Of a DNA stretch of 62,688 bases, positions 57,938-62,688 are shown in pieces. Under the pieces are notes generated by a model. The model was not told the DNA's origin, searched no databases, and saw only the letters and a program-made list of their open reading frames with translations. The stretch is from an uncultured Methanosarcinales archaeon (lineage in GTDB: Archaea; Nanobdellota; Nanobdellia; Woesearchaeales; DATDXC01). Numbering within the stretch: position 1 is the first letter of the stretch; every line of letters begins with the position of its first letter. The position numbers and the translations under genes were made by a program. Where the stretch lies: the NCBI GenBank assembly GCA_964510025.1, contig CAZDZV010000002.1:124001-186688 (forward strand). The letters run 5' to 3'.

Positions 57938-58678
57938 ATGAGAAAAAAATTTATCGCTGGAAACTGGAAGATGAACAAGACAATAAAGGAATCTATAGCA
58001 CTAGTCAGGGATCTGAAGGTGCTGGTCAGGAGTACAGACAAGGATGTCCTTGTGTGCCCCCCTTTTGTCGCGCTGGCAGATGTCAGGGAAATACTGAAAA
58101 ACAGCAACATCAAGCTGGGGGCCCAGAACATGCATCATGAGGACTCGGGCGCTTATACAGGGGAGATATCCCCCTTGATGCTGAAAGACCTATGCGAATA
58201 TGTGATAGTAGGGCATTCTGAAAGAAGAGCATATTTCGATGAGGACAATTCTACAGTCAACAGGAAGATAAAGAAAGCCCTGGAGCATGGCTTGAAGCCT
58301 ATAGTCTGTGTTGGCGAGAAATTAGAGGAAAGAGAGGCTGGAAAGACCAAAGAAATCGTAGGGAATCATGTAAAGGGCGCTTTCGAAGGATTGTCAAATA
58401 AGGATGCCCTAAATGTCACTGTGGCCTACGAGCCGGTGTGGGCTATAGGGACCGGCAAGACAGCAACAGCAGAACAGGCAGAAGAGGTGCATCGCTTCAT
58501 CCGGGACCTTATCAAGGAGAGCTACGATAGGCAGACTGCAGAAAAGATAAGGATATTGTACGGCGGCTCAGTAAAGCCTGAGAATGCTTCTGAGCTGCTC
58601 TCAAAAAAGGACATAGATGGCGCGCTGGTCGGCGGGGCTTCCCTGGATGCTGAAAAGTTTTCAAAGATAGCAAAATGA
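57938..58678 (+). CDS. tpiA: Triosephosphate isomerase (bacterial type)
   Basis: AGNWKMN, GHSERR, AYEPVWAIGTG, YGGSV and GALVGGASL motifs. Confidence 0.98.
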   Translation: MRKKFIAGNWKMNKTIKESIALVRDLKVLVRSTDKDVLVCPPFVALADVREILKNSNIKLGAQNMHHEDSGAYTGEISPLMLKDLCEYVIVGHSERRAYFDEDNSTVNRKIKKALEHGLKPIVCVGEKLEEREAGKTKEIVGNHVKGAFEGLSNKDALNVTVAYEPVWAIGTGKTATAEQAEEVHRFIRDLIKESYDRQTAEKIRILYGGSVKPENASELLSKKDIDGALVGGASLDAEKFSKIAK

Positions 58679-58821
58679 ACAGCATCAAGCATAAGATAAT
58701 AATCACCCTCATCAAGCTTGTGCTGATAATAGGTTTCTTTATAGGAGCTTATTTCCTTCTTGAAGCGCTGGGCATCATAGAAAAGATTAGACAGGGATTT
58801 TTCCTGCTTCTCAACATCTAA
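58675..58821 (+). CDS. Small membrane protein, 48 aa (not in track)
   Basis: MNSIKHKIIITLIKLVLIIGFFIGAYFLLEALGIIEKIRQGFFLLLNI. ATGA overlap with the tpiA stop. Confidence 0.65.
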   Translation: MNSIKHKIIITLIKLVLIIGFFIGAYFLLEALGIIEKIRQGFFLLLNI

Positions 58822-59396
58822 GGCACATTCACTATTAATTTATGGGGAGTGCCGTACATTTCCCAGTCGGTGTCAAAATATTTCACCCTCAGGTCGAAGG
58901 TATAGATCCCTGGAACCGCGTCCCCTATCCTCATCCCGACAAGGAACTTCTCCTGGTCGTACCTTTTTATTGTCTTGGTTATGTTGAGGGGGCCGCCCAT
59001 CTGGGTGGAGCTTCTCAGCCAGGTGTCGGGATCAACACCGCAGCCAGAAGTGTCATCATGATCGCACAAGACATTTGGGCCGTCATATGCCTTGCTGAAG
59101 ATCACATCAATGCGGAAATCAACTGGCGACTCATCCAGAATGTTCATTATGCCAACACCGAAACTATCTGACTTCTTCTGCTGTATTGTCTTGCTGTCGA
59201 AGGGTATGGCCACCACCTTTCCCTGAGAAAGCAGGTCTTCAATCTCCTTCTTTTGCCTTTCTTCCCACTGGAACACAGTATCATCTGCATGGCCCAAAAA
59301 CTTGTTCATAAGGTAGATGCCCATCCCAAATATGACTATCGATATTATGGTGATGACCAGGAAATTCAGGGACAGCTGTATTGCTTTTTTGCTCAT
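58818..59396 (-). CDS. Archaeal type IV pilin-like protein (class III signal peptide)
   Basis: MSKKA/IQLSLNFLVITIISIVIFGMG N-terminus followed by a beta-rich C-terminal domain. Confidence 0.75.
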   Translation of the reverse strand: MSKKAIQLSLNFLVITIISIVIFGMGIYLMNKFLGHADDTVFQWEERQKKEIEDLLSQGKVVAIPFDSKTIQQKKSDSFGVGIMNILDESPVDFRIDVIFSKAYDGPNVLCDHDDTSGCGVDPDTWLRSSTQMGGPLNITKTIKRYDQEKFLVGMRIGDAVPGIYTFDLRVKYFDTDWEMYGTPHKLIVNVP

Positions 59397-59397
59397 C

Positions 59398-59973
59398 TTA
59401 GAATGGTTCCCTGTCAAGGATCTTGTTGTATTTATATTCTTCGGTTTTCTTTGCATAATAGGTTGAGCGGTACTGGTTGATTAGCTTCAGTATATCAGAA
59501 GAAACCTGCTCAGCATTGTCAATGAACTTGAGCTCGATGCTTCTGGGCTCCATAGCTGTAAGCTCCACGATAATGTTGCCTGTGTTGAGCCAGGATATCT
59601 TCTCAAAGGTAACCTTGACGATATTCTTGTATGGGATGAAAAGCTCACTAAGCTGCATTATCAGGAAATTCTGATAATAGTTGAATCCGTCCTGCCTGAA
59701 GACATACCTGATCTTGCTAAGCGCGTAGTACTCAAGAAGAAGGATGACAGCTATGATAGCCAAGGCGACAGCCAGGGCAGGGACAATCAGCCCTAAGAAA
59801 CCTAGCTGGAGGCCGAACTCTGAAGCTACTGTCTCAAATATGCTGAAATCAACAAATGAATTCAGGACAAAAGCAATCAGCAGCACCAGTGCGAGGATCC
59901 CGACTATCTTTATAAAAGTCTGAAAGAGAATTTTTTGGGAGTTTGGCTTCAGCTCTGCTACTGCATCTTCCAT
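59398..59973 (-). CDS. Two-TM membrane protein with a C-terminal bacterial PH-like domain
   Basis: Two hydrophobic helices, then a Y.F...G...IPYKNI..V...L..G.I.VE pattern. Confidence 0.65.
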   Translation of the reverse strand: MEDAVAELKPNSQKILFQTFIKIVGILALVLLIAFVLNSFVDFSIFETVASEFGLQLGFLGLIVPALAVALAIIAVILLLEYYALSKIRYVFRQDGFNYYQNFLIMQLSELFIPYKNIVKVTFEKISWLNTGNIIVELTAMEPRSIELKFIDNAEQVSSDILKLINQYRSTYYAKKTEEYKYNKILDREPF

Positions 59974-59974
59974 T

Positions 59975-60187
59975 CTAAGAGACTATTTCATACTCCTTGA
60001 CTATGAGTATAAGGAACAGCACAAGTATGATAGCTCCGACTATTATCAAGGTAAGCCCTGAAGCAATGCTCTCATACAGGATCTTGAAAAGGCCCCATCC
60101 CATTATCGCTATTCCCAGCCATAGGAACTTGTCAAGGACTAGCTTCATTATCTCAAACTCTTCAGATTGCGTAAGCCTTTTTTTCAT
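59975..60187 (-). CDS. Small two-TM membrane protein
   Basis: MKKRLTQSEEFEIMKLVLDKFLWLG... after a GGGGG SD; two hydrophobic helices. Confidence 0.75.
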   Translation of the reverse strand: MKKRLTQSEEFEIMKLVLDKFLWLGIAIMGWGLFKILYESIASGLTLIIVGAIILVLFLILIVKEYEIVS

Positions 60188-60200
60188 AAAAATCCCCCCT

Positions 60201-60719
60201 TTATTCAACCTCAATTATGAAATCTCGGGCTGTTAATGATTGGTTGGTCGGTGGAGTAGTGCTAAACATGCTGTACAATTCCAACTGGCAAAGATAGGTA
60301 TCCTGATCAACTGATTTCTCTGCTTTTACCAATACAATAGATGTTACAATATCTCCGGCCTGGACCACCTTTTGCGCTGGCGGCTGTATATCGACACCTG
60401 TTGTAGATGTGATGCCATTGCAGTTTATGGATGTATGCAGATTTATTTGATCCGTGGTGTTGGTATTATAATAAGAATATTTGAAAACCGCTGATTTGCC
60501 CGGAGCTAACTGTATCCTGTCCCGTGAAAATTCTAGGGGATTATTTGATGTAGGCTGGACCGGGTCTATTTCCTGATCAATAAGGTCGCCAATCTTTTCT
60601 GTTGCTCCTCCAAACAAGGTCCTGACAAAACCAAGGCCAAGAGCCAGCATGACAATTGCGATGATCAAGATTACAATTGCGTTGACAGAAAGTTCCAAAG
60701 CAGCTTTTTTGTTCTTCAT
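60201..60719 (-). CDS. Archaeal type IV pilin-like protein (class III signal peptide)
   Basis: MKNKKA/ALELSVNAIVILIIAIVMLALGLGF. Confidence 0.8.
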   Translation of the reverse strand: MKNKKAALELSVNAIVILIIAIVMLALGLGFVRTLFGGATEKIGDLIDQEIDPVQPTSNNPLEFSRDRIQLAPGKSAVFKYSYYNTNTTDQINLHTSINCNGITSTTGVDIQPPAQKVVQAGDIVTSIVLVKAEKSVDQDTYLCQLELYSMFSTTPPTNQSLTARDFIIEVE

Positions 60720-61219
60720 TTGTATCTCACCTGTATAGTGAAGTCAGTTGAATAGCCGATCTGCTCAGCTGCATCATCTATAAAGTTCAGCTGGCAGAGG
60801 TACGTGTCTTCAACTGCATTTTTCGGTATCTTGAGCAAAACCCCAAAAACAGCAGATTCTCGTGTTGCAATATTTTTAGAGTTTGATTGGGAACTGAAGG
60901 CAGTCAAACCTGGACAATCCACATCAGCTGATACCGAGCTCCAGTCAGCAGAAGTCGGATTATATAATGCTGCCTTGATGGCCTCATCATCCCCAGGATT
61001 GGCTATCACCACCTCTCTGGACAGGGTTATTGTATTGGATGAGCTTGGAGATGGAGGATCCTGCTCATTTTCCAGAATGGTCTCAAACTTATCCATCGCT
61101 CCTCCAAAAAGCATGCGCACAAAACCCAGCCCTAATCCAAGCATGGTTATAGCGATTATTAATATGACGATTGCATTGACTGACAAGCTCAGAGAGCCCT
61201 TTTTTGACATTATGAACAT
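60716..61219 (-). CDS. Archaeal type IV pilin-like protein (class III signal peptide), paralog of 60201-60719
   Basis: MSKKG/SLSLSVNAIVILIIAITMLGLGLGF. Shares the DTYLCQL motif with its neighbour. Confidence 0.8.
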   Translation of the reverse strand: MFIMSKKGSLSLSVNAIVILIIAITMLGLGLGFVRMLFGGAMDKFETILENEQDPPSPSSSNTITLSREVVIANPGDDEAIKAALYNPTSADWSSVSADVDCPGLTAFSSQSNSKNIATRESAVFGVLLKIPKNAVEDTYLCQLNFIDDAAEQIGYSTDFTIQVRYK

Positions 61220-61415
61220 TCACCTCTCTTTTGGAACAACTAGTGGTTAATTGAGATAACTCATTTATAAACTTTTCTATGAATATAGATAGGAAGCGCT
61301 GGCGTTTTCTTAGGTGGAAAATCAGGCATCTATGATATATTGTAATCACTATAAAGTAGATAAAAATAGAAAGATTTATATAATAAATGATTTTCACTTT
61401 TTTTAAGTAGTTAAA

Positions 61416-61577
61416 ATGATTGGAATAAAAAACGATAATCTGAAGTTTGAGAGGCTAAAAAGAGCGGTGTCCGAATGGGTAATCGCCCTGGATACAAAAC
61501 AGTATGCCTTGAAAGACAAGCTGAACGAGATAGAGCTAAGGCTGAAGGAGCTGGAGGACCTACATAAAAATGTTTAG
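61416..61577 (+). CDS. Small coiled-coil protein, 53 aa (not in track)
   Basis: MIGIKNDNLKFERLKRAVSEWVIALDTKQYALKDKLNEIELRLKELEDLHKNV. Follows a BRE-TATA and resembles the next ORF. Confidence 0.7.
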   Translation: MIGIKNDNLKFERLKRAVSEWVIALDTKQYALKDKLNEIELRLKELEDLHKNV

Positions 61578-61752
61578 AATAATCAGAAGATCATTCCAAA
61601 AAGTAAGGAAGGATGTCACGGGCCTGAAAGAGAATCTATCAGAATGGATAATGTTCTACAACAAAAAGCACAAGGAGCATGACCGGAAGCTTGAGATCCT
61701 AGAACAAAGGATAGTATTCCTTGAAAAGAGGGAGCTTGAGAAAAGGTGGTAG
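61570..61752 (+). CDS. Small coiled-coil protein, 60 aa
   Basis: LKENLSEWI...KLEILEQRI..LE. GGAGG SD upstream. Confidence 0.72.
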   Translation: MFRIIRRSFQKVRKDVTGLKENLSEWIMFYNKKHKEHDRKLEILEQRIVFLEKRELEKRW

Positions 61753-61753
61753 T

Positions 61754-61879
61754 ATGGAAGATGACGAATTTGTGCTGGATGAAGTGAGAGGAGCTCATGG
61801 AAAAAAGCCAAAGATGGCTATATTGAACAAGAAAAAGATTAGCTCATATGAGATGGATGAGCTATTTTTGGACCTATAG
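61754..61879 (+). CDS. Small hypothetical protein, 41 aa (not in track)
   Basis: MEDDEFVLDEVRGAHGKKPKMAILNKKKISSYEMDELFLDL, after an AAGGTGGT SD. Confidence 0.55.
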   Translation: MEDDEFVLDEVRGAHGKKPKMAILNKKKISSYEMDELFLDL

Positions 61880-61911
61880 TTTTATAAAAAAAAGCAGAAC
61901 ACGAAATCAAG

Positions 61912-62658
61912 ATGGTAAATAGCTTAGCAAAAATGGCAATGCTTGGGACCCTGGCAGCTGGAGCCGCAGCAGCTTTGTACTGCAGCAGCCCAGATGCGAC
62001 AGAGCCAAAACCTGAAGGCCAGGCAGCAGCTGTGGAAGAGCGCCCCTTTGAAAATAGATTCCAGGAGATAGAAGCTCTAGAATCAGGGATGCCAACCGGT
62101 GTCAGAGCTGAATTACTTCCGAAATACGAAAGGCTGTTTGAGCTTACAAGAGAAAGGGACTTGCACAGGGCTGTACAATATGGATACAAAGCAATGCAAG
62201 CTCATCGGCAAATAGGGAACCATGCTGAAGCAGTTGCCTATGGTGCAGAGCTGGCAGATCTCCTGACAAAGCATGGTGGAAAGGTCACCGAGTTTCCTGC
62301 GGCAGATGTTAGGGATGACATATTCTATCAAAGAGGCTGCGACCTTGAAAAGCAAGGAGCCTTAGAATCAGCAGCCAGCTCTTATGCTGCAACATTCTTA
62401 TATCCTCATGATAAGCATGATGAAGCCCTCGACAGGCTAAGAGCCCTGCCCAGAGACAGAGCATACAGGGGGCTGGAAGATAACAAAGGGATTACAGACC
62501 AGGCTATTGGAGCTTGCCTGCAAGACCTGCTGAGGCATTATCTCGGAAGCATATTTGATGTTGAAATTTTTGAAGCCGGAAAGGATCATCCGCTTGGCGA
62601 TTCCCTGTCTTATATACCCAAAGTACACAGAAGCGAAGGATATACATCAGCAAGGTGA
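61912..62658 (+). CDS. Secreted or lipoprotein-like helical (TPR-like) hypothetical protein
   Basis: Hydrophobic N-terminal signal ending in ALYC, followed by helical repeats with TPR-like G...A...Y patterns. Confidence 0.65.
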   Translation: MVNSLAKMAMLGTLAAGAAAALYCSSPDATEPKPEGQAAAVEERPFENRFQEIEALESGMPTGVRAELLPKYERLFELTRERDLHRAVQYGYKAMQAHRQIGNHAEAVAYGAELADLLTKHGGKVTEFPAADVRDDIFYQRGCDLEKQGALESAASSYAATFLYPHDKHDEALDRLRALPRDRAYRGLEDNKGITDQAIGACLQDLLRHYLGSIFDVEIFEAGKDHPLGDSLSYIPKVHRSEGYTSAR

Positions 62659-62688
62659 TCACCCGTAAGCTGCTTCTCCCCAAGCAGC

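Noticed and set aside
57571..58131. 186-aa minus-strand ORF, or TAG read-through in this region
   Set aside because: It overlaps tpiA antisense and has no protein-like features. TAG is used as a normal stop by several genes here, so recoding is unsupported.

Overview
Archaeal genomic segment. It is most likely DPANN/Woesearchaeota-like, inferred from the split rpoB''/B' and A'/A'' operon, BHB-intron tRNAs, class III signal-peptide proteins and a bacterial-type TIM. The left 23.7 kb is a single minus-strand ORF that the supplied track omits because it has no stop codon in the window. It encodes a giant membrane-anchored surface protein of at least 7,907 codons: a SHOCT-like N-terminus, one TM helix, Ig/cadherin-like domains, six LamG-like domains, seven parallel beta-helix modules and Gly-rich repeats, with DNA-identical module junctions. 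It overlaps a small HTH gene whose promoter is surrounded by five copies of a 17-bp palindrome. The rest of the window holds: the rpoH-B''-B'-A'-A''-rpl30e-nusA-rps12-rps7 operon; tRNA-Asp (T-loop intron) and tRNA-Lys (canonical intron) followed by 82-bp tandem repeats carrying the tRNA 3' end; a complete de novo pyrimidine operon (carA carB pyrB pyrI pyrD pyrK pyrC pyrE pyrF plus a LOG-family gene) with a 23-aa leader ORF; ileS; polB; an mdh-NYN-nfnA-Zn ribbon-nfnB operon; tpiA; three pilin-like genes; and several unannotated small proteins.
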